A DNA stretch of 64,000 bases from Escherichia phage AugustSocin: the sequence record MZ501052. One strand, written 5' to 3'. Position 1 is the stretch's first letter. The number at the start of each line of letters is the position of its first letter. A program made the position numbers and the translations under genes. This document shows positions 34,458 through 47,429 of the stretch, piece after piece. Below the pieces are notes generated by a model. It had not been told where the DNA came from. It did no database searches and saw nothing but the letters and a program-made list of their open reading frames with translations.

Positions 34458-34650
34458 TACTTATAATTTCAACATCAGCCCAATGACCATAGCAAGGAAG
34501 ACGAAATTCAACTGGCCAGTTAGGGTCCTTTTCTAATATAATAGACTTAACTTGTGGTTCTTCATGTTCATCAGTATATGGATTTTTATCTGTTACTTTA
34601 TATGTGACCTTAATGTATTGAATTCCAAAAATCTTATTAATTATATTCAT
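34444..34650 (-). CDS. hypothetical protein
   Basis: 68-aa ORF with overlapping start and stop to neighbours. Confidence 0.5.
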   Translation of the reverse strand: MNIINKIFGIQYIKVTYKVTDKNPYTDEHEEPQVKSIILEKDPNWPVEFRLPCYGHWADVEIISIENV

Positions 34651-34844
34651 ACTAATTCCTTTAATCCGTAAATAGGAGACAATTCATCACCCATACGAAG
34701 GTCTTCATTTCCATCTACCCAGGAAACAATATAAGCCTCTTTTATTTGAACACCACTCCATTTAAATGGAGGTAGAACCTTAGAAATTAATCCAGGTATA
34801 CCAACTCCCTTTAATTCAACAGTTTGACCTAAAAAGAATTTCAT
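34647..34844 (-). CDS. hypothetical protein
   Basis: 65-aa ORF, translationally coupled. Confidence 0.5.
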   Translation of the reverse strand: MKFFLGQTVELKGVGIPGLISKVLPPFKWSGVQIKEAYIVSWVDGNEDLRMGDELSPIYGLKELV

Positions 34845-35131
34845 TAGAACCTCATCTGAAAACCATGCGATTTAACATTACCGCCGCCAATATCAGAAAT
34901 ATTAATTTCACGCGCAATCGAAGGATCGATGTCAATTTCACGATTAAGTTTAGCGATAGCTAAAGTATCACGCCCATTTACAGTACGGAACTCTAAAGGA
35001 CAAACCACATCAACGTAATTTTTAATCGATTCACTGGTAGGTTGCAAATGAGCAGGAAGGTCTTTGGGCGCCTTTGAGAAAACCACTTCACAGAAATTTT
35101 TACGGGTATCAAAATAAGTAGTCATAAACAT
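34844..35131 (-). CDS. hypothetical protein
   Basis: 95-aa ORF; GAGGAAAA ribosome-binding site after an intercistronic hairpin. Confidence 0.55.
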   Translation of the reverse strand: MFMTTYFDTRKNFCEVVFSKAPKDLPAHLQPTSESIKNYVDVVCPLEFRTVNGRDTLAIAKLNREIDIDPSIAREINISDIGGGNVKSHGFQMRF

Positions 35132-35147
35132 AGTATTTTCCTCAGTA

Positions 35148-35163
35148 AGGGGCCGAAGCCCCT
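35148..35163 (-). other. intercistronic hairpin
   Basis: AGGGGC-CGAA-GCCCCT, identical 16-mer to 14011-14026. Confidence 0.45.
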
Positions 35164-35172
35164 CATTTTATT

Positions 35173-35550
35173 TTAAATATCAAATTCATTAAGAACTACA
35201 TCAAAGATTGCTTCAAGATGCTCAGGTTTAGCTCTGTTACTCAGAATATGACGAATCCAAGTTTTAACCAAAAGCTTGCGATTATCACCATTCCAGCAAG
35301 GATGAGTCCCTAAATCGCGTTGACGAAAATCATCATCCAGAGCGATTTTAAAGTTGGAACCTTCCATTGTGATTGAAACCGTGATGCCATTTTCAAATCG
35401 CATATAAACGTAATTAGGAGTCATATACTGTTCAATTTCGCATACTGATCCATTTTGATGTTTCCAAAGGCAAATAGTATCAATAGAACCTGCAATACCA
35501 TTAGAAACATATTTACGTTCAAAGTTGATGTAGTTCATTTTATTCTCCAA
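35173..35550 (-). CDS. hypothetical protein
   Basis: 125-aa ORF with its own early-type promoter. Confidence 0.6.
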   Translation of the reverse strand: MENKMNYINFERKYVSNGIAGSIDTICLWKHQNGSVCEIEQYMTPNYVYMRFENGITVSITMEGSNFKIALDDDFRQRDLGTHPCWNGDNRKLLVKTWIRHILSNRAKPEHLEAIFDVVLNEFDI

Positions 35551-35574
35551 GATGTTTAATTGCGGTACAGGTAT

Positions 35575-35603
35575 ATAATATCATATCCTGTACCAAAGTA
35601 AAC
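35575..35603 (-). promoter_or_regulatory. early-type promoter for the ORF at 35173-35550
   Basis: minus strand GTTTACT, 16 nt, TATTAT; flanked by inverted repeat GGTACAGG/CCTGTACC. Confidence 0.45.
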
Positions 35604-35605
35604 AA

Positions 35606-35938
35606 TTATTTTACTACTTTCCAGTGTTGCATGTCAAGTTTACCGACTTTTTTCATCTTCTCAATTAAGCGTTCGGCACGTTGGCGAGCTGTAACATAAT
35701 GCCATTCGCCTAATTCATTTTGTTCAATTTTTCCAACGATTACTGTATTCAATTCATAAATCCAACCAGTAAAGAAATTATGAACTTGAATTGTAAAGGT
35801 GAAATCTGTTCCCATACCTTCTGTTGTTTCTACTTCAATAATATCACCTTCAACTGCCATTAAGAACCACATAGTTTCATCATATTTACCATTGAAGCAT
35901 TTAGTTTTAACTGCAGCGTTCAGATTAATCGTTTTCAT
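35606..35938 (-). CDS. hypothetical protein
   Basis: 110-aa ORF with its own early-type promoter. Confidence 0.6.
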   Translation of the reverse strand: MKTINLNAAVKTKCFNGKYDETMWFLMAVEGDIIEVETTEGMGTDFTFTIQVHNFFTGWIYELNTVIVGKIEQNELGEWHYVTARQRAERLIEKMKKVGKLDMQHWKVVK

Positions 35939-35965
35939 TTTATTCTCCTTTGTTTGTGTAAAATA

Positions 35966-35994
35966 ATACTATCACAAAGGAACCATACTGTAAA
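35966..35994 (-). promoter_or_regulatory. early-type promoter for the ORF at 35606-35938
   Basis: minus strand GTTTACA, 17 nt, TAGTAT, then AAAGGAG and ATG. Confidence 0.45.
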
Positions 35995-36024
35995 CAACTT
36001 TGTGCAATCTTTGGAAAATAAAAA

Positions 36025-36044
36025 AGGACTCCCGAAGGAGTCCT
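36025..36044 (-). terminator. hairpin terminator after the small basic ORF
   Basis: AGGACTCC-CGAA-GGAGTCCT followed by a U-run on the minus strand. Confidence 0.6.
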
Positions 36045-36048
36045 CAAC

Positions 36049-36225
36049 TTATGCTTTCTGCTTACCAAAACGAGAAGCATCATCTCGAAGAACCGCACGT
36101 GCTCGGCGCATGATCTTCTCAACAGTTTGATTGATACGAGAGTTCGACCCACGCTTGTAGCCAGCGCGTTTAGAATCACCAACTTTCTTTTCAACTGCTT
36201 TCTTTGCTTTAACTTGTTTTGCCAT
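36049..36225 (-). CDS. small basic protein (30.9 position)
   Basis: K/R-rich ORF; start placed at MAKQVKAKK (58 aa), the track start at 36267 is an alternative; followed by a hairpin and U-run. Confidence 0.5.
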   Translation of the reverse strand: MAKQVKAKKAVEKKVGDSKRAGYKRGSNSRINQTVEKIMRRARAVLRDDASRFGKQKA

Positions 36226-36470
36226 TATAAATTCTCTTTTAAATGAAAATGCAGGACTTATTGGCATTGCCTGCGCAAGCCCTCAAGGGGAACATAGGTT
36301 TTTGGGTATTTAACGACCAGGATAACCATAAACCCGTCATCATTCACATTCAAGAGGTACACCATAAAACTGCCGGGGTCTTAAAACTATAATGATTCGC
36401 AAATCATTAATCAGACAGTTCGATGGCTCCTCGATTTTAGCTCACACTAAGGCAGTGAATCTCCAATAAA

Positions 36471-36719
36471 TTACTTCAATGTTACCACAAAGTGACGAAC
36501 TGCTTTTCGCGCAGCAGAAGCCAGAGGCTTAGCATACTTAAGTTCATCTTTTTCCTGAAGCTCAGCAGCTAATGCAGTTTGAGCAGGATTCAAATGTTTG
36601 AAATAACGCAGGATTTCAAGAGCTTCGGCTTCAACATCAATAGATGCGCCATAGTTTTCGTGACCATTATTCCATGCGTTTCGTTGCAGTTCAAGAGCGT
36701 GTTGTAATTGTTTAATCAT
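36471..36719 (-). CDS. rIII: rIII lysis-inhibition accessory protein
   Basis: 82 aa; matches recalled T4 RIII (MIKQLQHALELQRNAWNNGHENYG...). Confidence 0.9.
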   Translation of the reverse strand: MIKQLQHALELQRNAWNNGHENYGASIDVEAEALEILRYFKHLNPAQTALAAELQEKDELKYAKPLASAARKAVRHFVVTLK

Positions 36720-36858
36720 TTAAAAATTCTCGTTAGAGATTAAAACTCGGTAGTCACGTTCTTCTGAATTTCATCTTCTTTCGACAGATCTCTCAGTTGT
36801 AGACTACCACGTAGAATTGTTCGGTTAACTTATTATTCCGACACCCAATTCATATTAT

Positions 36859-36866
36859 TATTTATA
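36859..36866 (-). promoter_or_regulatory. candidate late promoter between gene 31 and rIII
   Basis: plus-strand TATTTATA; far (about 140 nt) from the rIII start, so weak. Confidence 0.3.
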
Positions 36867-37202
36867 TCACTTATAAAGACACGGAATAGCTTTATAGTGA
36901 CAAGTAACGAATTTTTGTTTAATTTCTTTTGGCTGCTTAAGACCCAGAGCTACAAAAGGATGCGGAACATTTCGAATTTGACCAACTGGAAGAGAAGTCA
37001 AATCACCGACTTCGCAGAAACCTTCAGGAACATCAGGACCAACAGAGTGAACTACACACAGTTCAGGAACTTCACCTTGGACACGTTTACCAATAATAAG
37101 TCCTGATTCTGTAACTTCTTCATCACCGGCTTGCGCAGGTTCAGAAACTAAAATAACATATTCACCGACAGCACGAATTGGTAGCTGTTGTACTTCAGAC
37201 AT
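36867..37202 (-). CDS. 31: gp31 co-chaperonin (GroES analogue)
   Basis: 111 aa; matches recalled T4 gp31 ([22 protein letters not shown]...). Confidence 0.95.
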
Positions 37203-37258
37203 CGTTTTTCCTTTTTGTTAACAGATGAATTAATAATAACAAATAATTCTTAAAGCAT

Positions 37259-37567
37259 TTATTTACCAATAAATTGGAGTAAATGCTCAACTTTCATACC
37301 ATTAACAGAAATCAATTTGTCAATAGAAAAACCTCGCCATGCACCGAGTTCAACATCAAATATCGGAATCATATCAGTAGATTCTTTCCGAGTAGATTCA
37401 GTCAATTTACCGGTTTGCATAGTTGGCATAAAGTCAGCATCACGAGTGCCTTTCATAGTACGAATAGTACCATCAGACTTTTCAAAAACCACGTTTGAAA
37501 TACCCATGGACAATTTAGTTTTCAAAATTTCACGAATTGCTACTTTCTGTTCAGTTGTCAATTTCAT
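37259..37567 (-). CDS. hypothetical protein (31.1 position)
   Basis: 102-aa ORF. Confidence 0.6.
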   Translation of the reverse strand: MKLTTEQKVAIREILKTKLSMGISNVVFEKSDGTIRTMKGTRDADFMPTMQTGKLTESTRKESTDMIPIFDVELGAWRGFSIDKLISVNGMKVEHLLQFIGK

Positions 37568-37804
37568 TTATTTACCTATTACAGTTTTAATATGGGTTGT
37601 TCCACGTTCTTTAAGAGTGGAAAGCAATTTTTGGCATTTTTCTAAATCAGATTTCCAACTATACGGTCTATCAATACAAACCCATTCTGACTTATAATAC
37701 TGCTTCCATTTAGAGAAAAAATATTTCTTATACTCTACAGCAAATGAAATGTTCTCGTTAGAATAAGAACTAATTGCTGTGAGCTGTACCAAACGAAATT
37801 TCAT
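37568..37804 (-). CDS. hypothetical protein (31.2 position)
   Basis: 78-aa ORF. Confidence 0.55.
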   Translation of the reverse strand: MKFRLVQLTAISSYSNENISFAVEYKKYFFSKWKQYYKSEWVCIDRPYSWKSDLEKCQKLLSTLKERGTTHIKTVIGK

Positions 37805-38385
37805 TATTCACCACAGAATTCGTTGATATTTTCCCAATTTAACTTATTTAAGTTTTTCTTAGGAACATTAAACACTTCAATACCCGCATTTCGCAGAATA
37901 TCATCCCAGCCAGGTTTATTTTTATCGTATGTTTCGCAATAAACCAACTTTTTAATTCCAGATTGAGCTATCGCTTTTGCACAATCTGGGCAAGGAGAAA
38001 GTGTTACATACATAGTAGCACCTTCAATTGAAGAACCATTTCGCGCAGCAAACAAAATCGCATTTAGTTCAGCATGAATTTCATTTTTAGACGACCATTC
38101 AGAGTGAGCGCTACGGTGTTCTTTCGCCAAGACAAAGCGATCAGTTGAACCAAATGATACGCATTCAGGCTTATGGCCTTGAATGATAGTGTGTTTAGGC
38201 TTATTCAACAACCAACCTTGCTCAGCAGCATAATCACAACAGTTCACACCTCCTGCGGGTGAACCATTATATCCGGTAGAAATAATACGTCCATTCTTTT
38301 CAATTACTGCTCCTACCTTCCAGGAGCAACATTTTGATTCTTGTGATACTAAATATGCAATTTGAAGTACTGTACTCGCTTTCAT
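37804..38385 (-). CDS. cd: dCMP deaminase
   Basis: 193 aa; zinc-binding deaminase motifs HAELNAI and PCPDCAKAI. Confidence 0.9.
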   Translation of the reverse strand: MKASTVLQIAYLVSQESKCCSWKVGAVIEKNGRIISTGYNGSPAGGVNCCDYAAEQGWLLNKPKHTIIQGHKPECVSFGSTDRFVLAKEHRSAHSEWSSKNEIHAELNAILFAARNGSSIEGATMYVTLSPCPDCAKAIAQSGIKKLVYCETYDKNKPGWDDILRNAGIEVFNVPKKNLNKLNWENINEFCGE

Positions 38386-38720
38386 TTCATAATCACCAGA
38401 TAAGCAGATTTAGCAGTTTCAACACGATAAATTTCGTGACGAAGTTTAGTTATACTTTTAATAACAGAACTAATTATATTCTGCCCATCTTTAAAGCGGT
38501 TTTTCTTATCAATAAAAATTGCGCCAACCATCTTTTTGTGAAGCTCAACTGGATACTTCGTCACAATAATAGCATCATATACAGAAGGATGAATACTATT
38601 TACTAGAGTGTCATTCATTAAAGTTATTCTAATGAACTGTGCTGTTTCAGAGTCAAGCGCTCTATGATCGCCAGTATCATTTTCAAGACAATTATCAATT
38701 ATATCAGTTAAATTCATCAT
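38382..38720 (-). CDS. hypothetical protein (cd.1 position)
   Basis: 112-aa ORF. Confidence 0.55.
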   Translation of the reverse strand: MMNLTDIIDNCLENDTGDHRALDSETAQFIRITLMNDTLVNSIHPSVYDAIIVTKYPVELHKKMVGAIFIDKKNRFKDGQNIISSVIKSITKLRHEIYRVETAKSAYLVIMK

Positions 38721-38953
38721 AGTACGCCATACACCCTTTGTGCTTCAACTAATCCATCAAAATCCAATTTGAGATGTGTTATTTGATCACCATCACCTGG
38801 ATTCACAATTACTAATACTGAACGAGGAGTTTCGGTAATAACACGAACCGATGTTTCAGGAAATCGTTCAGAAACCTTATTTACCAATTCCTGAGCAAAT
38901 AGTTTAACTTTTTCTTGGAATTCTTTAACAGTAATTGGTTTTTCACTTAGCAT
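38717..38953 (-). CDS. hypothetical protein (cd.2 position)
   Basis: 78-aa ORF. Confidence 0.55.
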   Translation of the reverse strand: MLSEKPITVKEFQEKVKLFAQELVNKVSERFPETSVRVITETPRSVLVIVNPGDGDQITHLKLDFDGLVEAQRVYGVL

Positions 38954-39015
38954 TTCAATTTCCTCATTTGTTTTGGTAGAGCTATAATATCACAACTCTA
39001 CCAAAAAGTAAACTA

Positions 39016-39297
39016 TTAAATTGCCTTGAATTCTGATGTCTGTGATTCAAAGCGAATATCGCCTTTGATGACTAGCTCAGCATCAAGACCAAATACGACA
39101 ATGATATGCGCGGAACCCGGATACAGCGTAATTGCAATAGAATCCACCTGGTCTGGAAGCAAAGTATTCAATACATGAGTCACTTGAGCATGAATTCGAA
39201 GCTCGGCTGCGTTATCAAGCTTTTCAAACATATTATTAGCGATAATTTGACTAAACACTACTTCTACGATTTTAGAATAAGTCGGAAACATATTCAC
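39016..39297 (-). CDS. hypothetical protein (cd.3 position)
   Basis: 93-aa ORF. Confidence 0.55.
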   Translation of the reverse strand: MNMFPTYSKIVEVVFSQIIANNMFEKLDNAAELRIHAQVTHVLNTLLPDQVDSIAITLYPGSAHIIVVFGLDAELVIKGDIRFESQTSEFKAI

Positions 39298-39486
39298 CTC
39301 ACATAATTTTCTTCAAGCCAATTAATAACATCCAACGCATTATCAAAAGTTGAACCATCTACTATTTCTTCTGTTTCATAATCAAGAATATCTAAGTCTA
39401 CTCTTCCATCAACAATAGGCCATAAACAAAATAGATATTTCTTTTCTTTTTCAATTTTATCACAAAGTTGATAAATCTTTTCTATG

Positions 39487-39494
<8 letters not shown>
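39294..39494 (-). CDS. hypothetical protein (cd.4 position)
   Basis: 66-aa ORF. Confidence 0.5.
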
Positions 39495-40884
<1,390 letters not shown>

Positions 40885-40888
<4 letters not shown>

Positions 40889-41115
40889 TTATTTTTCTCA
40901 ACCAATGATTGAATATAATCATGCAGGTCTTTAGATGCTTTACCCCACTTATTTTGATATTCATTTTTGAGATTAGCGCGTGATTGAGCTAATAAAACAT
41001 CATTAGTTGGAGGTAAAGATTCTAATCGTTGAATCTGTCGTCCATAAATCATTGCAGCCATCTCGGATTCATAAATTAATCCTTTTAGATGTTCAAATTG
41101 ATACCATGAAATCAT
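40885..41115 (-). CDS. hypothetical protein
   Basis: 76-aa ORF. Confidence 0.5.
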
Positions 41116-41411
41116 TTACATTTATCCTCTTTTAGCTCTTGACGATAATAACATATCATAGTTTTCTGGTCATGTACATATCGTTTTACATCATTAAGCC
41201 AAATACGAAATTCCTGAGAATCTTCAAATGGCATACCTACCCAAGCTTTACCATCAATAACTTTAACTTGCCAAGATAGTTTAGCTTCGTCATATGACTT
41301 TATTTGCACAGGCCAATTAGGATGAACTGTTTCTTTCTTTACTTCTAGAGGCTTTGTCGAACAACCAACTAGAAGACCAATAGATAATATTACTACAGAT
41401 AATTTAATCAT
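41112..41411 (-). CDS. outer-membrane lipoprotein, putative o-spanin
   Basis: 99 aa; signal peptide with lipobox LLVGC; follows the i-spanin-like gene with a 4-nt overlap. Confidence 0.65.
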   Translation of the reverse strand: MIKLSVVILSIGLLVGCSTKPLEVKKETVHPNWPVQIKSYDEAKLSWQVKVIDGKAWVGMPFEDSQEFRIWLNDVKRYVHDQKTMICYYRQELKEDKCK

Positions 41412-41761
41412 TTAGAAAGGTCCTGGATGTCTTCTGCGAACTTGTTGAAGGAGTTGTTGATTTGTTTTTCAACCAATCCTGGCTTACGAGCCACCACATC
41501 CGCCTTCTTTGCATCTTTGCGCAGTTTTTCATTTTCACGCTCAATAGCAGCAATCGCCTCACGATTTTTATTATTCATCGCATCAATATAATTATACTGA
41601 ATTCGCAAATTATTTAATGCTAAGGCGTTTTCATTGGCCGTTTTTGTAATTTCTACAACAGACGTTTCTAATCTTTCCACCTTATTTTTTAAAATAATAG
41701 ATGTTCCGCCAAATGCTATTACAAGTAATAGCAATCCAGCTGTAAAATTACTTACATGCAT
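41408..41761 (-). CDS. putative i-spanin (N-terminal transmembrane helix plus coiled coil)
   Basis: 117 aa; hydrophobic segment FTAGLLLLVIAFGGTSIIL then charged helical region. Confidence 0.65.
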   Translation of the reverse strand: MHVSNFTAGLLLLVIAFGGTSIILKNKVERLETSVVEITKTANENALALNNLRIQYNYIDAMNNKNREAIAAIERENEKLRKDAKKADVVARKPGLVEKQINNSFNKFAEDIQDLSK

Positions 41762-42255
41762 AAAGTTTTAATAACCTCTATAATATCGTCTTGAGAAAGA
41801 CCGTTAATTAAAATGTGATGTTCAGCCGGAGATTTAGAAATTTTAAAGCACGCCGCAACATCTTCTGCCATATCCGATGCGCTACGATTTGGATTACTAA
41901 TTCCAAGACGATGCTTTCCTGTCAAAGGATTAACGATGATATAACATTTGCAGCTATTGATATGAACATTAGGTTGAGTCTGATTAATAAACACTTCACA
42001 ATCATACTTAGCGAGTTGATTTTCTAAAAAGACTTTCATCTCCTCAACCGCATCAGGAAGCATATCACGGGCTTGCTCAAGACGACGATTTCGATATTCT
42101 TTAATGGTCGTTTTCCGCTTGACTTGCTTAGCTAAATCTTTCTTAAGATCGGTGATATATCCAACTCGACGATTTCCTTTGAATACAGAAATCCCATCTG
42201 TAGTATCACCGTATGCTTCAACGACCATTTCAGTAGTAATAAGCTGCAAATCCAT
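41752..42255 (-). CDS. alc: Alc, inhibitor of host transcription
   Basis: 167 aa from the second Met; matches recalled T4 Alc; early promoter upstream. Confidence 0.85.
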   Translation of the reverse strand: MDLQLITTEMVVEAYGDTTDGISVFKGNRRVGYITDLKKDLAKQVKRKTTIKEYRNRRLEQARDMLPDAVEEMKVFLENQLAKYDCEVFINQTQPNVHINSCKCYIIVNPLTGKHRLGISNPNRSASDMAEDVAACFKISKSPAEHHILINGLSQDDIIEVIKTLCM

Positions 42256-42286
42256 CATAAAGTCCTCATGTTATGTCAGTAAGACT

Positions 42287-42315
42287 ACTATAACACAACA
42301 TGAGGGACTTGTAAA
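42287..42315 (-). promoter_or_regulatory. sigma70-type early promoter for alc
   Basis: minus strand GTTTACA, 17 nt, TATAGT, then GAGGA and the alc ATG; near-identical over about 50 bp to 26985-27037. Confidence 0.6.
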
Positions 42316-42319
42316 CAGC

Positions 42320-43907
<1,588 letters not shown>

Positions 43908-43914
43908 AATAAAA

Positions 43915-43930
43915 TGGGCCTTGCGGCCCA
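43915..43930 (-). other. intercistronic hairpin between nrdB and denA
   Basis: TGGGCC-TTGC-GGCCCA. Confidence 0.45.
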
Positions 43931-43934
43931 CTCC

Positions 43935-45113
43935 TTAAAAGTATTTTTTAAAACTCATCATAACTTTATCATCAACATCATTATCAATCTGTGCAACAAG
44001 ATAAGATGACAGTTCTACTTCTTGCGGCGCGGATTGAACATTATCAGAATTAAGGTATTCACGAATCCAAGGATATGGATGTTTAACCGGAGCATCGGTA
44101 ATCGGGCATGGAAGACCACACTGTTTCATACGAGATACAGTTAAGTAATCAATAAAGCTCCACATGCTATTTGTATTTAATCCAGGAACATCGCCATCTT
44201 TAAATAAATGAACTGCCCAATCTTTTTCTTGGCGGTTAACTTCCATGAAAATATCAACTGCTTCTTGTTCACACTCTTTGGCAATTTTAACCCATTCATC
44301 GCCATCAGTACCAGATTGAAGTTGACGAATAATATATTGTGTACCTTTAAGATGAAGCTGCTCATCACGTGCAATAAATTTCATAATCTTCGCATTACCT
44401 TCCATGATTTCCATGTTCTTATGGAAGTTGAAAGTACATGCAAAGGATACATAAAAACGAATAGCTTCCAGAGCATTGATAACGTGCAGACAGAGATAAA
44501 GCGACTTCATCAGGTCTCGTTTACATTCTTCCAAATGAGTGAGACTGTTTGAATATGCTTCTAAATCATATTCATTTTCAGCAAAATAACTAAAGTTTTC
44601 TTTGGCGTTTTCCCAAATACGTGTCTTGTCCAGAACATCATCATAATAACGACCAATAGATTCAGCACGTTTCATGATAGCTTTATCTAATACAATCTCA
44701 TCAAATACCCTTGACGGATCAGTATAAAGATTTCGCATAATATGAGTGTATGAACGACTGTGAATAGTTTCACTAAAAGTCCATGTAGCAACCCATGTAT
44801 CAAGGCTTGGGTCTGAAATCAATGACATAAGTACAGCAGACGGTGCACGACCCTGAATGCTATCCAGAAGTGATTGATACTTCAGATTATTAGTAAAAAT
44901 ATTCTGCTGATATTGAGGAAGCTTATTAAACTGTGCAGCATCCATCATTAAGTTTACTTCTTCAGGACGCCAGAAAAATGACAACTGCTTTTCGGTTAAA
45001 TCTTCAAAAACTTTATGACGTTGAATATCATAACGCGCAATACCAAGACCTGAACCAAAAAACATAGGTTCTTTTAAAACATCAACTGGATTTGTATTAA
45101 AAACTGTGCTCAT
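43935..45113 (-). CDS. nrdB: ribonucleotide reductase small subunit
   Basis: 392 aa, uninterrupted; di-iron ligand context conserved. Confidence 0.95.
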   Translation of the reverse strand: MSTVFNTNPVDVLKEPMFFGSGLGIARYDIQRHKVFEDLTEKQLSFFWRPEEVNLMMDAAQFNKLPQYQQNIFTNNLKYQSLLDSIQGRAPSAVLMSLISDPSLDTWVATWTFSETIHSRSYTHIMRNLYTDPSRVFDEIVLDKAIMKRAESIGRYYDDVLDKTRIWENAKENFSYFAENEYDLEAYSNSLTHLEECKRDLMKSLYLCLHVINALEAIRFYVSFACTFNFHKNMEIMEGNAKIMKFIARDEQLHLKGTQYIIRQLQSGTDGDEWVKIAKECEQEAVDIFMEVNRQEKDWAVHLFKDGDVPGLNTNSMWSFIDYLTVSRMKQCGLPCPITDAPVKHPYPWIREYLNSDNVQSAPQEVELSSYLVAQIDNDVDDKVMMSFKKYF

Positions 45114-45164
45114 AAATTTTCCGCTTAGTTAATAGTTGGTGACTCGTCCGTGAGTCAAATTATA

Positions 45165-47429
45165 TCATAATTTACAGGATGAACAATCTTCAGCTTTTGG
45201 AGTTTCTATTTCATAATCATCAGTACCAGAACCGTCACGGGTATTATGATAATAGAAATTTTTTCCGCCAAAATACCAGAAATACAAAAGGTCATCAATC
45301 ATTATTGACATTGGAACCTTGCCTTTAGGGAAGATTTGGGGGTCATAGTATGTATTCGCCGAAGCTGATTGACAAACCCATTTCAGCATAATAGCTACCT
45401 GCGTAAGATAAGGTTTATTACCTTTCTTAGCTAATTTCCATGTATAATCATAAAGGTCTATGTTATGCTCAATATTGGGCACGACTTGATTAAAGGAGCC
45501 CTCTTTTGATTCTTTAACAGAGACTGGTCCACGTGGAGGCTCGATACCGTTTGTACTGTTAGAAACTTGGGAAGATGACTCACATGGCATAAGTGCTGAT
45601 AATGTGCTATTACGGATGCCAAAGAGCTTAAGGTCTTCCCGCAGCGACGACCAGTCACAAACGTATTTTGGAGCTGCGATTTGGTCAATCTTTTTATTGT
45701 ACCAGTCGATAGGTAATTCGCCTCGAGACCAACGAGTGTCTGAATAATATTCACAAGGTCCTTTTTCTTTGGCGAGTTTAATGGATGCTTTAATGAGTCC
45801 ATACTGTAATCTCTCAAATAGTTCATGTGTTAAATCGTTAGCATCTTCATAAGAAGCAAAGTTACTTGCCAACCAAGCTGCATAGTTAGTAACACCTACA
45901 CCGAGGTTACGACGCTTTTTAGCTTTTTCTGCTTCAGGAACTGGATATCCTTGGTAATCCAAAAGATTATCAAGAGCACGAACCTGGACTTCTGCCAATT
46001 CATTAATTTTATCTTGGTCTTGCCAGTCAAAATTATCCAGTACGAATGCAGAGAGAGTACACAATCCAATTTCAGCATCAGGACTATTCACATCATTTGT
46101 TGGAATAGCAATTTCACAGCACAAGTTACTCTGACGAATAGGTGCCTTTTCACGAATAAACGGAGTATAGTTATTCGTATTATCAATGAACTGTACATAA
46201 ATCCTTGCTGTTCCTGAGCGTTCAGTCATGAGCAATTCAAATAGTTCACGAGCTTTAATACGCTTTTTACGAATATTAGGGTCTTTTTCTGCGGCTTCAT
46301 ACAATTCACGGAAACGGTCTTGGTCTTTAAAATAAGAATAATAAAGCTCTCCGCCCATTTCATGGGGACTGAACAAAGTAATGTAATCGTTCTTTCCAAA
46401 ACGTTCCATCATCAAATCATTCAGTTGAACACCATAATCCATATGACGAATGCGGTTTTCTTCTACGCCTTTGTTATTTTTCAAAACAAGAAGATTTTCA
46501 ACTTCCAAATGCCAAATAGGATAATAAGCAGTAGCAGCGCCGCCACGAATTCCACCCTGTGAGCATGATTTAACAGCAGTCTGAAAATGTTTCCAAAAAG
46601 GAATAACACCAGTATGGCGTACTTCACCCATGCCAATCTTAGAACCTTCAGCACGAATCATACCAACGTTAATACCAATTCCAGCGCGTTTAGAGATATA
46701 TTCAACAATTGAAGCGGAAGCCTTATTGATAGACTTTAATGAATCACCTGCCTCAATAACAACGCATGAACTAAACTGCCGGGTTGGAGTACGGCAACCA
46801 GCCATAATAGGAGTTGGCAATGAAATCTGTCGAGTAGATACTGCTTCATAAAAACGGATAACGTGTTTTAATCTATCAACAGGTTCATCTTGATGCAATG
46901 CCATTCCAATAGTCATAAATGCAAACTGTGGAGTTTCATAAATTTGACCAGTGGTTTTATCTTTAACTAGATATTTTTCTTTTAATTGCATCGCCCCGGA
47001 ATAAGTAAATTCCATATCCCGCTCGTGCTTAATTTTTGATTCTAAAAATGTAATTTCTTCTGCAGAATATTTTGACAACAATTCAGGGTCGTATTTACCT
47101 TCATTTACACAGTAAGAAATATGGTCAATAAATGAACGTGGTTCATACTGCCCATAAACATGCTTACGAAGAGCAAACATTAAACAGCGTGCAGCTACAT
47201 ATTGATAATCAGGTTCTTCAACCGAAATAGAATTCGCAGCGGCCTTAATGACAATAGTCTGAATATCATCAGTTGTCATTCCATCACGGAGATAAGATTT
47301 AATATTTTCATATAATTCATAAGGATCTACTGATGTTCCTTCAGCTGCCCAAGATAAAACTTTAATAATTTTTTGTGGGTCAAAGCTCTGAGAAACACCA
47401 CTACTTTTGATAACATTAATTAATTGCAT
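45165..47429 (-). CDS. nrdA: ribonucleotide reductase large subunit
   Basis: 754 aa, T4 NrdA length, C-terminal CSSCKL tail. Confidence 0.95.
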   Translation of the reverse strand: MQLINVIKSSGVSQSFDPQKIIKVLSWAAEGTSVDPYELYENIKSYLRDGMTTDDIQTIVIKAAANSISVEEPDYQYVAARCLMFALRKHVYGQYEPRSFIDHISYCVNEGKYDPELLSKYSAEEITFLESKIKHERDMEFTYSGAMQLKEKYLVKDKTTGQIYETPQFAFMTIGMALHQDEPVDRLKHVIRFYEAVSTRQISLPTPIMAGCRTPTRQFSSCVVIEAGDSLKSINKASASIVEYISKRAGIGINVGMIRAEGSKIGMGEVRHTGVIPFWKHFQTAVKSCSQGGIRGGAATAYYPIWHLEVENLLVLKNNKGVEENRIRHMDYGVQLNDLMMERFGKNDYITLFSPHEMGGELYYSYFKDQDRFRELYEAAEKDPNIRKKRIKARELFELLMTERSGTARIYVQFIDNTNNYTPFIREKAPIRQSNLCCEIAIPTNDVNSPDAEIGLCTLSAFVLDNFDWQDQDKINELAEVQVRALDNLLDYQGYPVPEAEKAKKRRNLGVGVTNYAAWLASNFASYEDANDLTHELFERLQYGLIKASIKLAKEKGPCEYYSDTRWSRGELPIDWYNKKIDQIAAPKYVCDWSSLREDLKLFGIRNSTLSALMPCESSSQVSNSTNGIEPPRGPVSVKESKEGSFNQVVPNIEHNIDLYDYTWKLAKKGNKPYLTQVAIMLKWVCQSASANTYYDPQIFPKGKVPMSIMIDDLLYFWYFGGKNFYYHNTRDGSGTDDYEIETPKAEDCSSCKL

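Noticed and set aside
35940-36194. 84-aa minus-strand ORF
   Set aside because: Overlaps the basic small ORF in another frame and covers the promoter and terminator hairpin at 35966-36044.
44177-46851. Several 60-120-aa ORFs inside nrdB and nrdA on both strands
   Set aside because: Nested within long, well-supported reductase genes; no independent translation signals.
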